Notes under the pieces: model-generated
Database searches by the model: none
What the model was told of the DNA's origin: nothing
What the model saw: the letters and a program-made list of their open reading frames with translations, nothing else
In this document: in pieces, positions 8,724-18,008 of the stretch
Numbering within the stretch: position 1 is the first letter of the stretch
Layout of the letters: the number at the start of each line of letters is the position of its first letter
Position numbers and translations under genes: made by a program
Origin: a virus
DNA length: 64,000 bases
Virus record (IMG/VR): IMGVR_UViG_3300045988_149975
Reading direction: 5' to 3' (one strand)

Positions 8724-9056
8724 TCATTCCTTATCATACCTTTCTACGTTAGGTTTATCAAAAGTTTCCCACTTATAAGCACGCCAACCAGTTATAATAG
8801 AACCGTTACTCGCTACTACATAACAAAAATCACATTGACGCATTGGTATTCTTACACACACTTTTATAATCTTATCACCACTCATTGCCATTTCAAAAAC
8901 CATATTTTTTGAAAGTTTATCCTTTTGTACAAGCGGTAATCTTTTTTGTCTTGCCCTTACCATAAAATGATGAGTAAAATTTACCCTTTCAAAGCCATCC
9001 CAAAACTTCTGCATATCTACTTTAGGCATAAATATATTTTTGTGATACAGTTTCAT
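8724..9056 (-). CDS. hypothetical protein (start moved to ATG)
   Basis: The track ORF uses a TTG start 5 codons upstream. The ATG (MKLYHKNIF...) lies 8 nt after GGAGG and just downstream of a consensus promoter. Confidence 0.45.
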   Translation of the reverse strand: MKLYHKNIFMPKVDMQKFWDGFERVNFTHHFMVRARQKRLPLVQKDKLSKNMVFEMAMSGDKIIKVCVRIPMRQCDFCYVVASNGSIITGWRAYKWETFDKPNVERYDKE

Positions 9057-9087
9057 AATAACAACCTCCAATCTTTTCTATGGTTTT

Positions 9088-9116
9088 ATTATACACTACT
9101 ATTATCACTATGTCAA
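9088..9116 (-). promoter_or_regulatory. consensus sigma-70 promoter
   Basis: Minus strand TTGACA (9111..9116), 17-nt spacer, TATAAT (9088..9093), immediately after the terminator hairpin. Confidence 0.5.
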
Positions 9117-9120
9117 TACC

Positions 9121-9154
9121 TTTTAATAAAAAAGCCGCCCAAAATCGAGCGGCT
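9121..9154 (-). terminator. rho-independent terminator
   Basis: 6-bp GC-rich stem AGCCGC/GCGGCT (9133..9138 and 9149..9154) followed on the minus strand by TTTTTTATTAAAA. Sits at the 3' end of gene 9153..9464. Confidence 0.55.
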
Positions 9155-9464
9155 ATTTAGTTAAAGTTTCTTTTACATAAATCTTATATTTAGAATTGCC
9201 ATAAGTAGAACTTTCAAATGTATTTGTTGGAATTTTAAAAACACTTTGAAAATTCTCACCAACTGATGATGTGTCTATACAAATAAAATAATCCTTGCTT
9301 ATATAGACAATAAAAGCACAAGTGAGAAAATCCTTTCCCTCATCTATTAATATTCTAACAGGGAAATTGTTACTAACATATATACAACTCATTAAAAATA
9401 ATAAGTTGCCATTATTAGGAACATATTTATCCCCATTCTCACTAATAATATATTCGGGAAACAA
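9153..9464 (-). CDS. hypothetical protein
   Basis: 103-aa ORF ending in the terminator. Confidence 0.45.
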   Translation of the reverse strand: MFPEYIISENGDKYVPNNGNLLFLMSCIYVSNNFPVRILIDEGKDFLTCAFIVYISKDYFICIDTSSVGENFQSVFKIPTNTFESSTYGNSKYKIYVKETLTK

Positions 9465-9477
9465 CTCTACTCACCTC

Positions 9478-9666
9478 TTAATCTTCATCTTCCAAATCAC
9501 TAACATTTATAAAATCAATAGTTTTAACTGTAGCAAGATTTACATATTTTAAAATATAATTATCTTCAAATACTGTTAAATCCTTGTCATTAATCGTAAA
9601 ATCTTCACGATCAGCATAAAGTTCCTCCATGTCATTATTAGCATAAGTAATTAAAATCTGTACCAT
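9478..9666 (-). CDS. small acidic hypothetical protein (62 aa)
   Basis: Internal ATG (MVQILITYANNDMEEL...) preceded by AAGGAGGAA. The longer track ORF (MVWWCCRF...) lacks an RBS and runs into the promoter leader. Confidence 0.4.
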   Translation of the reverse strand: MVQILITYANNDMEELYADREDFTINDKDLTVFEDNYILKYVNLATVKTIDFINVSDLEDED

Positions 9667-9815
9667 TATATATTCCTCCTTAATTAAAACCCATAATAAT
9701 GGTGCATAACACCAAGCGCAAAACCTACAACACCACCAAACCAAAAGTAACCATTCGTAAATACTTCTTTAACTTTATTATATAATTCCACTCTTTTCAC
9801 CTCCATTATGTGCTT

Positions 9816-9844
9816 ATTATAACATATTTTTACTGAAATGTCAA
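9816..9844 (-). promoter_or_regulatory. consensus sigma-70 promoter
   Basis: Minus strand TTGACA (9839..9844), 17-nt spacer, TATAAT (9816..9821). Confidence 0.5.
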
Positions 9845-9850
9845 GTAAAA

Positions 9851-9889
9851 TTTATTCCACACTTTGACGCATTTTTATTCCACACTTTG
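9851..9889. promoter_or_regulatory. two 16-bp direct repeats just upstream of the -35 (candidate regulator-binding sites)
   Basis: TTTATTCCACACTTTG at 9851..9866 and 9874..9889 (23-bp periodicity), 7 and 30 nt upstream of the -35 on the transcribed strand. Confidence 0.4.
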
Positions 9890-9890
9890 G

Positions 9891-10964
9891 CTATTCATTG
9901 TTTTTAAGTAAGAAATCAGGATTAATGACTTTAAAGGATATATCCTCTCTATAATTTCTTACAACAATACCTTCCCTATCTATATCATATAAAAGAGATT
10001 TACCTCTTGCTTTTTCTACAATATCATGAATAGTTGGGGGAAGTATAAAATCATTTGTAAGTACAGGAACATTGTTAAGCCCTAATTTTTTGCAGATAAA
10101 ACTTGCCTTATCTTGTTCAATGCGTAAATCATCTATAATTACATTGTAAACAAAGAAGTCATATCCTGAAACATGATATTTATTTCCTTGTATAGATTTA
10201 CCTATAATCTCACCTTGTATTACTACTTTATTAGCATTATATGTTTTAGCTATATCTTTTAAACAATCTTTTAAACCAAAACGCCTTGCCACTTCCCAAT
10301 ATGGGGAATCATCTTCTTTTCTTAACCATACATTTCTACTGCATACACCAAATTTTCCTTCATTTAAAAAATATGTAGCACTACATCCGTCTAATTTTTC
10401 AGTCATATAGAACTTAACATTGTCCTTATGCCATTTTTCATATTGATTAGGTAAATTTTGTACCCTTTCTTCATCTGTCTTATTACATATATTTACAGGA
10501 AATGAAGCATTTGTAGTTTTAAATTTCGCTAAAAGTTTTCTAAACCACCTGTATTTCATTAAAAACCGTAAAAATCTTGGGTAACTTACACTTTGTTTAA
10601 TAAGTTTTGTTTCAGCTTCAGCCTGCGGGTCATATTTAGTTATACCAAGTTCTTTTGTAACATCATCACCGATTTCATGATAACTGCCCCTTAAATAACT
10701 AATAGGTAATACCAAACCTTGTGAAATTTGCTTCCTTAATTTAATAGTTCTTACCCTGTACTTTCTATCCTTCATAAAAGCAAATTCAGGACGAGGAGGC
10801 AAAATGGAATCTACTTCTACAAAAATAACTTTATCCCCTACATTAAAATTATCAGATTTAGATACAACACATTCCCATCCCCTTACAGTAGCCTTGAGTA
10901 TTCTATCCGCATTGGGAATAGGTTCTAAACTTTCAATTCTTGCTATAGTTGCTAATTTACGCAT
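9891..10964 (-). CDS. ATP-dependent RNA ligase with N-terminal OB-fold, tRNA-binding-like domain (Rnl5/DraRnl-like)
   Basis: Nucleotidyltransferase motif I KLDG (MTEKLDGCSATYF). The N-terminal 60 aa (LATIARIESLEPIPNADRILKATV...VGDKVIFVEVDSILPP) resemble tRNA-binding OB folds. Confidence 0.55.
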   Translation of the reverse strand: MRKLATIARIESLEPIPNADRILKATVRGWECVVSKSDNFNVGDKVIFVEVDSILPPRPEFAFMKDRKYRVRTIKLRKQISQGLVLPISYLRGSYHEIGDDVTKELGITKYDPQAEAETKLIKQSVSYPRFLRFLMKYRWFRKLLAKFKTTNASFPVNICNKTDEERVQNLPNQYEKWHKDNVKFYMTEKLDGCSATYFLNEGKFGVCSRNVWLRKEDDSPYWEVARRFGLKDCLKDIAKTYNANKVVIQGEIIGKSIQGNKYHVSGYDFFVYNVIIDDLRIEQDKASFICKKLGLNNVPVLTNDFILPPTIHDIVEKARGKSLLYDIDREGIVVRNYREDISFKVINPDFLLKNNE

Positions 10965-10974
10965 TTATTATACC

Positions 10975-12840
10975 TCACTTTACTACCTCTGCTTCAATAG
11001 GTTTTTCTTCTGTTAAAAGTGCTTCAAGTATTCCTCCGCTGCGTGGATTACTACCCTTTACAACGGTACTTTCTATAGTTCCACCTTTTACTACCGTTTT
11101 ACTTACTGTTACAGGATTACCATTTACCTCATTCTGTAATTTATGTAGTTTTTCTAAATAACCCCATGCATCTTTCATTAAATCAGAAGTTCTTTCTGTA
11201 GCTATACCACCTTGTTGAGTTTCTTGTAAATATGATTTCTGTACTCTTTCCAAAGCTAAATCGGCTAAAGAAGTCATACCATCTATTACATCATCTTGAT
11301 TACGAGTATTAAACTTACGGAAAAGATTATCGTAAGCACAGATATATCCTGCTTGATATTCAGGACAATTAGTTGCTAATACGCACCTGTCACATGATAA
11401 TCTTGCTATTGCTTTAGTAGAAATTTTCTTTTGTTTTCTTAATTTTTTAATACCTGCCTTAATATTACCGTCTTTATCATATATAGGTGTAATATCATTT
11501 CTAATAAGTTCTTTTTCTACCTCATCCTTATCATAACCTGCTGTAAGCAGCGCAGGAAGAAGTTTTCCACATTCCTCTCTTGATAACTCCACCTCTGTAT
11601 ACTCTTTATCTGTAATATACTGCTGACGCTCTAATGCTTTACGTTCATTATCTAAAGGCTCATGTAAATTCTGTAAAGCCCTCTCCTGTCCATTTAAAGC
11701 GTTTTTAAAAGCCTCTTTTAAGAAGGCTATACATTTATCCTTTGTATTATATTTAACACCCTCTGCGCCAAAATATGCGCAAATTTCAACTAAATCTTCA
11801 AGCTGATAAGCATTTAAGTCTTTATTATTAATAAAGTTATAAAAATCTAATAATAAAGTAGTGCCAAAATCTTTAGGTACTTGTGTATCTATACCTGCTT
11901 CATCTAACTTATCTTCCCAATCGTTCATATCAGTTGAAAACCACTCATAAGAAGGTAACTTATACATCTTTCTATCACTCCAATACTTTTTAGGGAACAT
12001 AACCTGTTTTACATACTCTTCCATTTTCTTAAAAGCAATAGCTGATGCTTTCATAAGTTCAGTTGACGCTTCTATATCCAATAATTTAGGATTAAGTTTA
12101 AGTGCTTCTAACTTTCCACGATATTCCCCATCTTTCCATTGCTCTTTTTTCAACCTTTTAAGTTTACCACCTTCAAAATAGTTTACTTCCCCGAACTGTG
12201 AACCCGTAAGCCAACTTGTCATATCAGCAGAGAAAAAAGGATGTTTGAGTAATAATTTATTACTTCCTACACCAAAACCATGTATTTTAGCTTTATTTTT
12301 GACTGCTATCTCAAAAAGTTTATCAATATACTCAATAGGATTATCTAAACTTGCGTTCATTTCAACAGCAGAAAAACCAACATAAGGATGTTTTCTACAA
12401 AGTTTATCAAAATCCTCAAAGCTATCATCTAAATGATATACATATATTACAGGTATACCCTCTTCTTCTAAAGGCATAAAATATTCTTTACGCCATCTTT
12501 CTACAACATCTTTGCCAACAAGACTTGATAAGTCAAGTTCTACACAAGCAAAGATTAAATCTCTATGCTTTTTAACAAAGCCTATGTATTTCTTTAGATA
12601 ATCTTCCCACCACTCTACGCTTTTATCACGATATTGAGCGTCATTTATGAAAGTATGTGCGCCACTGTCAATAAGAAATTTCATTCCTTTTTTCTTGTAT
12701 AACCGTTCTTCTATCTCCTCTTTACCTCTACGCCTTATATAGTAATAAGACAATAATAAATTTTTAGTGACTGCACTTGCTATATCATAAATTTGTTTAG
12801 GCTCAACACCTGATAAAAATAATGTAAATTCGCTTTTCAT
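10975..12840 (-). CDS. dpdA: tRNA-guanine-transglycosylase-superfamily protein, candidate 7-deazaguanine DNA transglycosylase (DpdA-like)
   Basis: FLIDSGAHTF resembles the TGT DSGGFQ substrate motif. The C-terminal region has a Cys cluster (CDRCVLATNCPEYQAGYIC) like the TGT zinc site. It sits in a block with QueC and QueE. 621 aa. Confidence 0.45.
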   Translation of the reverse strand: MKSEFTLFLSGVEPKQIYDIASAVTKNLLLSYYYIRRRGKEEIEERLYKKKGMKFLIDSGAHTFINDAQYRDKSVEWWEDYLKKYIGFVKKHRDLIFACVELDLSSLVGKDVVERWRKEYFMPLEEEGIPVIYVYHLDDSFEDFDKLCRKHPYVGFSAVEMNASLDNPIEYIDKLFEIAVKNKAKIHGFGVGSNKLLLKHPFFSADMTSWLTGSQFGEVNYFEGGKLKRLKKEQWKDGEYRGKLEALKLNPKLLDIEASTELMKASAIAFKKMEEYVKQVMFPKKYWSDRKMYKLPSYEWFSTDMNDWEDKLDEAGIDTQVPKDFGTTLLLDFYNFINNKDLNAYQLEDLVEICAYFGAEGVKYNTKDKCIAFLKEAFKNALNGQERALQNLHEPLDNERKALERQQYITDKEYTEVELSREECGKLLPALLTAGYDKDEVEKELIRNDITPIYDKDGNIKAGIKKLRKQKKISTKAIARLSCDRCVLATNCPEYQAGYICAYDNLFRKFNTRNQDDVIDGMTSLADLALERVQKSYLQETQQGGIATERTSDLMKDAWGYLEKLHKLQNEVNGNPVTVSKTVVKGGTIESTVVKGSNPRSGGILEALLTEEKPIEAEVVK

Positions 12841-13025
12841 CTATCAAAGGAACGGTATAAAGGATTACGGCGAAGCCTATCTACTCTCGAACTTAACCTA
12901 TTCCATGTTCGCTGATTCCATGTCGGTCGATTTCGGCGTAAACGCCCTGTATCATTACGTTTAATGTCAATAGACACATCATTATTACTATTGCCTAATG
13001 TATTATAATCTTTTCTACTACCCAT
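12837..13025 (-). CDS. small arginine-rich basic protein (questionable)
   Basis: 62 aa, about 25 % Arg, in locally GC-richer DNA. Could be a nucleic-acid-binding peptide or non-coding. Confidence 0.25.
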   Translation of the reverse strand: MGSRKDYNTLGNSNNDVSIDIKRNDTGRLRRNRPTWNQRTWNRLSSRVDRLRRNPLYRSFDR

Positions 13026-13603
13026 TATAATTCCCCCATTTCATTTTTAGTTAAATAGAATTTATATTTCTGTGCTTCTCGCCATTTACAGTCAGTACAT
13101 TGTCCACAAGGCTCTCCTACATTATTTGCAAAATTACAGGAAAAAGTATCTTCTAAATTAACATTTAAAGAGCAGCCTATACGATACACTTCATCTTTAT
13201 CCTTGTCTATAAATGGTGCAATTACTTTATATTTGTCCTCAAATTCCACTCTTAAATAAGCATTTATAGCATCCACCCACTTTTGAGTAGTATCTATAAA
13301 TTCTGTATTAGCAATTAATCCTATATAAATATTAGCGTCCTTTGGATATACCCTATTAATTAATTCTAATACAAATCTTGCATTACGGCAAGGATTAAAA
13401 CCATCTTTTTCAATTTTGGAGCGCATTTTATCAAAATAATCAAACTCTTTATTCTCCAAAATTTCACCTACATTAATAAGTTTACTATCTGTATCTTCCA
13501 TAATAAAGAAAAATGTTTTAGGATTTAAACCTTTATGTTCCATCCATGCCTTCAACACTGTACTGTCATAACCATGACTCCATAATAAAAAATTATCTCT
13601 CAA
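13025..13603 (-). CDS. queC: 7-cyano-7-deazaguanine synthase QueC-like
   Basis: N-terminal PP-loop variant LLWSHGYDSTV (as in SGGxDS). C-terminal zinc motif CGQCTDCKWRE (CxxCxxC), as in QueC. Confidence 0.65.
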   Translation of the reverse strand: MRDNFLLWSHGYDSTVLKAWMEHKGLNPKTFFFIMEDTDSKLINVGEILENKEFDYFDKMRSKIEKDGFNPCRNARFVLELINRVYPKDANIYIGLIANTEFIDTTQKWVDAINAYLRVEFEDKYKVIAPFIDKDKDEVYRIGCSLNVNLEDTFSCNFANNVGEPCGQCTDCKWREAQKYKFYLTKNEMGEL

Positions 13604-13808
13604 TCCAAACTACGCCCCTTTTCTTTCTATATTTTGTAACAAGAGTATATAAACTCTTTGTACCAAATATAAATACCTTATTAAAGTTGAAAGCATTAAG
13701 AATATCTATATCGCCACCATAAAAAATTTCAAAAGGTACATTAAACTTTTTACAGAAATTATAAACTGCCACAATATTTATGTCCCCTATACTGCAAAAG
13801 ATATTCAT
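13593..13808 (-). CDS. hypothetical protein
   Basis: 71-aa ORF. An A9 tract lies immediately 5' of its ATG. Confidence 0.35.
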   Translation of the reverse strand: MNIFCSIGDINIVAVYNFCKKFNVPFEIFYGGDIDILNAFNFNKVFIFGTKSLYTLVTKYRKKRGVVWIER

Positions 13809-13868
13809 TTTTTTTTGCCATTTAAGTGAAATTCAAGCACATCTGATATATCCTCTTCTGTCAAAATC

Positions 13869-14375
13869 TTATTTGACAGGACAAGTGCTTGCTGCATTTA
13901 ATTTTACCTCCAAGTCTGTTAAGTTATCAACAGAACTATCATCTAAATAAACGTGGGCAAATACTTTTCTTGCTCTTAAATTTTCTATCCACCATTTCAT
14001 ACCGTCAGGGAACATTTCTTTTATACGCTCCAAATCATCATTAACAGCGTCAAACTCTAATCCCAACTTTTTACAATAAGAAACTGCCTCATCTAAACTC
14101 TTACCACACCTGCAAGTCCAAAGGATTAATTCGTTCCCTGCTTCTTTTAATTCTATGAGTTTTTCTATTACACATCTACCGCTTTTATCTTCTTTAAGAT
14201 AGCCAATATTCGGAAAAGCATTTTCTACGATAGTTCCATCAAAATCTACTGCTATAATCATTTTATACTCCTTATAAAATAGTGCGCCAAAAGGCGCACC
14301 ATAATTAACATTTACTATAGCCACAATTATTACAATAAGCACACTTACCATCAGGAATAAGAGTATACTCACCAC
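13869..14375 (-). CDS. HAD-superfamily hydrolase (nucleotidase-like)
   Basis: DxDxT motif IIAVDFDGTIV near the start of the soluble part, after an N-terminal hydrophobic segment. Overlaps the 3' end of the RNR gene. Confidence 0.5.
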   Translation of the reverse strand: MVSILLFLMVSVLIVIIVAIVNVNYGAPFGALFYKEYKMIIAVDFDGTIVENAFPNIGYLKEDKSGRCVIEKLIELKEAGNELILWTCRCGKSLDEAVSYCKKLGLEFDAVNDDLERIKEMFPDGMKWWIENLRARKVFAHVYLDDSSVDNLTDLEVKLNAASTCPVK

Positions 14376-17184
14376 ATTCAGGGCATTTCATTTTGCCATT
14401 ATGAATATCATCCTTTACCTCATGAATAGCTTTCTGCGTTTCCTCTGTAAGTGCTTTTTCAAAAGTATTTTTAGCATCCTCTATAGCTGTCTTATTTTCT
14501 TGCAAGTCTTTATAAATATCTCTAATTGCACTTGCAATACAAGAAGCGCAAGATTTAGAAATATCTTTTCTACCGCTACGCATTAAATAACTACAAGCAG
14601 GACAGTTAGCGTTGCTTAACTCATCAGCAATATCTAATGCTTTACCACCAAGCCTTAAAGCATAGCTTGTAAGTCTTGCAATAGTAGAAATATTAGCTTG
14701 ACAGCCTGTTTCTGCACCTACAAAAACCTCAAAAATGTGATTATCTTTTACATTTACTGTTACATAAAAATTTCTTACACAAGCTGTATGGTAAACAAAA
14801 GTGCGCCCCCAAAGGGATTTCACTCCATTACGTTTAACAGGCTCAAGATTATCTAACTGTCTTGCTTGCATATCATCTACTGTAACAGGTTCTTTAATAA
14901 TCTCAACTTTTGGCACATGATTTTTAACTTCTTTATTCTCTACATCAGCACGTTTTACACCATGGTCAGTACCAAGGATATTAATGCGTTTGCAGTTATC
15001 ACGAAAAATAGTAATACCCTTACAACCATTTGACCATGCCTGCAAATAAAGGTTAAAAATATCATCTACAGTTGCACTCTCTTTAAGATTAATAGTAGAA
15101 GAAATTGCATTATCTACATAAGACTGCATAGTAGATTGTAAATCAACCCTATCCTTGGGGTCAATATCATAAGTATCTACAATATAAGGAAACTTTTCTT
15201 TAATCTGTTCAGCAGTAAGTTCATTGGGATTATAACCTCTAAATTTTAAAAGATTTTCCACTGCAAGCATATTAATATGGAAAGATTTACCTTCTTTTTC
15301 AAGAACATGAGTAGTTCTATCATAAGACACTTGATAGTATGGTTCTACACCACCACTTTCTCTAAAGAGCATTGAAATTGAACCGGTAGGTGCAATACTC
15401 AATAAAGTGCCATTACGCATATTTTGAGATAAATCCTTTGCCACTCTTGAAGTAAATCTGTACTGAATATCATGTACCATACCACTTTTATCAAATTTTT
15501 CTTTGTCAAATTTACCAAAACTACCCTTTTCTGCCCCTAATTTTGCAGAAGTGGCATAGGCAGTAGTCTGCATATTGCGCATAATAGATGCTATAAGTTC
15601 AATACTTTTTTGACTGCCATATTTAATACCCATTGCTACAAACATATCTGCCATACCAAATATGCCTAAACCAATGCTACGCCAATCATCAATACATTTC
15701 CTATTCTTATCTAAAGGTTGAAGTTCATAACCATAATCAAGAATTTCATCTAATGCGGTTACAGCATTTTTAACTGTATCACAGAATCGCTCCATATTGA
15801 AATGCGCCGTATCAGTATAAGGATTATCTACGAAGTTATAAAGATTAATACTACCTAAATTACAAGCATTATACTCTGAACCTGCAAATTCACCACAATT
15901 CCCTGTCAAAACACCATTGGCAATGAAGGTATGATTTTTAGGCTCATTCATACAATAAACAGTATCAACTACTTCTGCTTCTTCGATAGCTACAACGCTA
16001 ATTTTAGGGCAGGCATAAGCTGTTACAATAAAATCAAGGTCATTATTAAAAACAGGATGTTTATACCAATCTAAAGTGTCACCAACTTTTAAATCTTTAG
16101 CTTCAACTCTGCCGACATCCCTCAATACCCATTTATGGTAAGGGGTACACTGAACAGTAGCACCATTAGAGAATTTAATCTTTAAAGTCTTTTGGTCATG
16201 CCCTGTTACTTTAGGAGTAACTTTGCTCCACTCATAACCATTCCAAACTTCTACCTCTTTACCTGCTAATTCCCCAATAGGTTTATACCCCTTTTTAGTA
16301 AGAATAAGGGTATCACCAGTTACACAAGGGTTTGTAGTATCAATCCTATATTCATTAATAGGATAGCCACTCAATAAGTTACATTCTCTTACATTATCAA
16401 TAAATAATGCCCCAGGCTCTCCCCAATCATACTGCGCTTCACAAAATTTCCTAAAGAAATCTCTTGCATTAATTTCTTTTTTAACCTCTTCACCATTTTC
16501 TTCATTTTTAAAGTGCAACTCAAAATTCTCATTACTAATTACACTTGTCATAAAATCATCAGTGAAACATATAGAAATGTTCGCACCCTGAATTTTATCA
16601 TTATTCTGTTTAATAGTTAAAAATTCTTCAATATCAGGATGGTCACAATTCAAGGAAATCAGAATTGCTGCCCTTCTTCCGTTATTTCCAATAACTTCAC
16701 CAATTACATTATAGACATCCATGAAGGAAACTGCACCGCTTGAAGTCTTTGCAGAATTATTAACTTTAGCACCCTTTGGGCGAAGGTTACTCAAATTAAT
16801 ACCTGCTCCACCGCCAAAGCTAAAAATTCTTGCCATTTCCTTACCTACATCAAAAATAGATTCAATGTTATCTTTAGGTGAGGGAAGAATATAACAATTA
16901 CTTGTTGTGGCTCTAAATTTTCCTTTACAACCTGCTGCATAAAGTGTTCTGCCCGCAGGTAAGAAAGTACCATCTATAATACTCTCTACCATAAAATCTT
17001 GTAATTCTTTTGTAGAAAAAATACTTGATACTCTTTTAATGAAAGCATTAAATCCTGCATCAAAACCTTCCTGTTCTACAATTTTTAACTCGTCATCGTG
17101 CATATATTTTTTCTTTATAATATTTTGCGGAATTTCATCATCCCACCATACTTTATACATATTTACATTACTAATTCTACCCAA
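14305..17184 (-). CDS. nrdJ: ribonucleotide reductase (class II NrdJ-like) interrupted by a mini-intein
   Basis: Active-site motif TTNP|C...N|CGEF, which restores NPCGE on splicing. C-terminal zinc ribbon CPECGEYTLIPDGKCAYCNNCG. 959 aa including a 143-aa insert. Confidence 0.7.
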   Translation of the reverse strand: MGRISNVNMYKVWWDDEIPQNIIKKKYMHDDELKIVEQEGFDAGFNAFIKRVSSIFSTKELQDFMVESIIDGTFLPAGRTLYAAGCKGKFRATTSNCYILPSPKDNIESIFDVGKEMARIFSFGGGAGINLSNLRPKGAKVNNSAKTSSGAVSFMDVYNVIGEVIGNNGRRAAILISLNCDHPDIEEFLTIKQNNDKIQGANISICFTDDFMTSVISNENFELHFKNEENGEEVKKEINARDFFRKFCEAQYDWGEPGALFIDNVRECNLLSGYPINEYRIDTTNPCVTGDTLILTKKGYKPIGELAGKEVEVWNGYEWSKVTPKVTGHDQKTLKIKFSNGATVQCTPYHKWVLRDVGRVEAKDLKVGDTLDWYKHPVFNNDLDFIVTAYACPKISVVAIEEAEVVDTVYCMNEPKNHTFIANGVLTGNCGEFAGSEYNACNLGSINLYNFVDNPYTDTAHFNMERFCDTVKNAVTALDEILDYGYELQPLDKNRKCIDDWRSIGLGIFGMADMFVAMGIKYGSQKSIELIASIMRNMQTTAYATSAKLGAEKGSFGKFDKEKFDKSGMVHDIQYRFTSRVAKDLSQNMRNGTLLSIAPTGSISMLFRESGGVEPYYQVSYDRTTHVLEKEGKSFHINMLAVENLLKFRGYNPNELTAEQIKEKFPYIVDTYDIDPKDRVDLQSTMQSYVDNAISSTINLKESATVDDIFNLYLQAWSNGCKGITIFRDNCKRINILGTDHGVKRADVENKEVKNHVPKVEIIKEPVTVDDMQARQLDNLEPVKRNGVKSLWGRTFVYHTACVRNFYVTVNVKDNHIFEVFVGAETGCQANISTIARLTSYALRLGGKALDIADELSNANCPACSYLMRSGRKDISKSCASCIASAIRDIYKDLQENKTAIEDAKNTFEKALTEETQKAIHEVKDDIHNGKMKCPECGEYTLIPDGKCAYCNNCGYSKC
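15898..16326 (-). mobile_element. mini-intein (no endonuclease domain) at the RNR active-site Cys
   Basis: Begins CVTGDTLIL (block A) at residue 287 and ends ...FIANGVLTGN followed by Cys+1 at residue 430. Penultimate residue is Gly, not His. 143 aa. Confidence 0.65.
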
Positions 17185-17197
17185 TTCATTCCCTCCA

Positions 17198-17794
17198 TTA
17201 TAATAAAAATTCTTCTGCCATTGGCAACTTCTCTACAAAATCCATGAATACTTTATTCCACGCTTTAAGTCTATGGTTTTTACGCTGCGATACCATAGTT
17301 TTAATTTGCTGATAATTTGTAGAAATACGAGCAGTAAGCTGATAACCCATTGGTACATTAGCAAGTACAGTATCAAAATCACATTCACCTTTATTGTATC
17401 TATCTACATATTCTTCAGCAATAGCGATAACTCTTTCATCTGTACCTTCTACACACATCTTTGCAATATCTGCTTTAAGTAACTTGTGCATTTTACTTGT
17501 GCTACTTACAATCTGCTGAAAATGATACCTTTGCCATTCTGCCCAAAAATATTGTGGCATTTCTAAATCAAACTGAACTATAATACCAGTTAAAAAATTA
17601 TTATGACCGCTTCCGATAGGTGCTTTGGCTAATGCTTCTGCTCTAATAATATGTTTATTTTCATCATCCAATAATGCAATTTTCATTGTCTGTTTATCAA
17701 ATTCTTTAGCATTAGGAGTTTTCAATAACATAGGATAACCCGAAGCCAAAATACTTTCCTCTAAACCATACACATTTACATTACTTATCTCCAT
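17198..17794 (-). CDS. hypothetical protein
   Basis: 198-aa ORF. No confident motif; weak, unconvincing resemblance to the QueF/ThyX signature (STSKMHKLL, WQRYHF). Confidence 0.4.
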   Translation of the reverse strand: MEISNVNVYGLEESILASGYPMLLKTPNAKEFDKQTMKIALLDDENKHIIRAEALAKAPIGSGHNNFLTGIIVQFDLEMPQYFWAEWQRYHFQQIVSSTSKMHKLLKADIAKMCVEGTDERVIAIAEEYVDRYNKGECDFDTVLANVPMGYQLTARISTNYQQIKTMVSQRKNHRLKAWNKVFMDFVEKLPMAEEFLL

Positions 17795-18008
17795 TTTTTA
17801 CCTCCAAATACTGTCCTGTCTTAATAATATAACCTTTTAACCCACATTTTGAACATACTATATCTTTCAACCATAATTTTGTAGGTGCTACAATAATGCC
17901 ACGATATAAACATTTTAAACAGATGCCCTCAAATACTTGATGAGGAATCTTCTGTTCCCTTAATTCATCCATATCAATTACCATCTTGTTCTTCCTCAAA
18001 TAATTCAT
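17781..18008 (-). CDS. small zinc-ribbon protein
   Basis: 75 aa with CLKC...CSKC. Confidence 0.4.
   Translation of the reverse strand: MNYLRKNKMVIDMDELREQKIPHQVFEGICLKCLYRGIIVAPTKLWLKDIVCSKCGLKGYIIKTGQYLEVKNGDK

Noticed and set aside
8724-9071. TTG-initiated N-terminal extensions in track ORFs (8724..9071, 9478..9744, 6458..6667)
   Set aside because: Internal ATG codons with proper Shine-Dalgarno spacing and promoter placement give more plausible starts. The extensions run into promoter or leader sequence.
13806-13814. T9/A9 homopolymer immediately upstream of the ATG at 13808
   Set aside because: Checked for a frameshift joining an upstream ORF. None results; neighbouring frames hit stops. 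Probably just an AT-rich spacer.
17198-17794. Possible QueF or ThyX identity for ORF 17198..17794
   Set aside because: Only a loose resemblance (STSKMHKLL versus the QueF ESKSLKLY motif). The catalytic Cys motif of QueF and the RHR...SxR motif of ThyX are absent.
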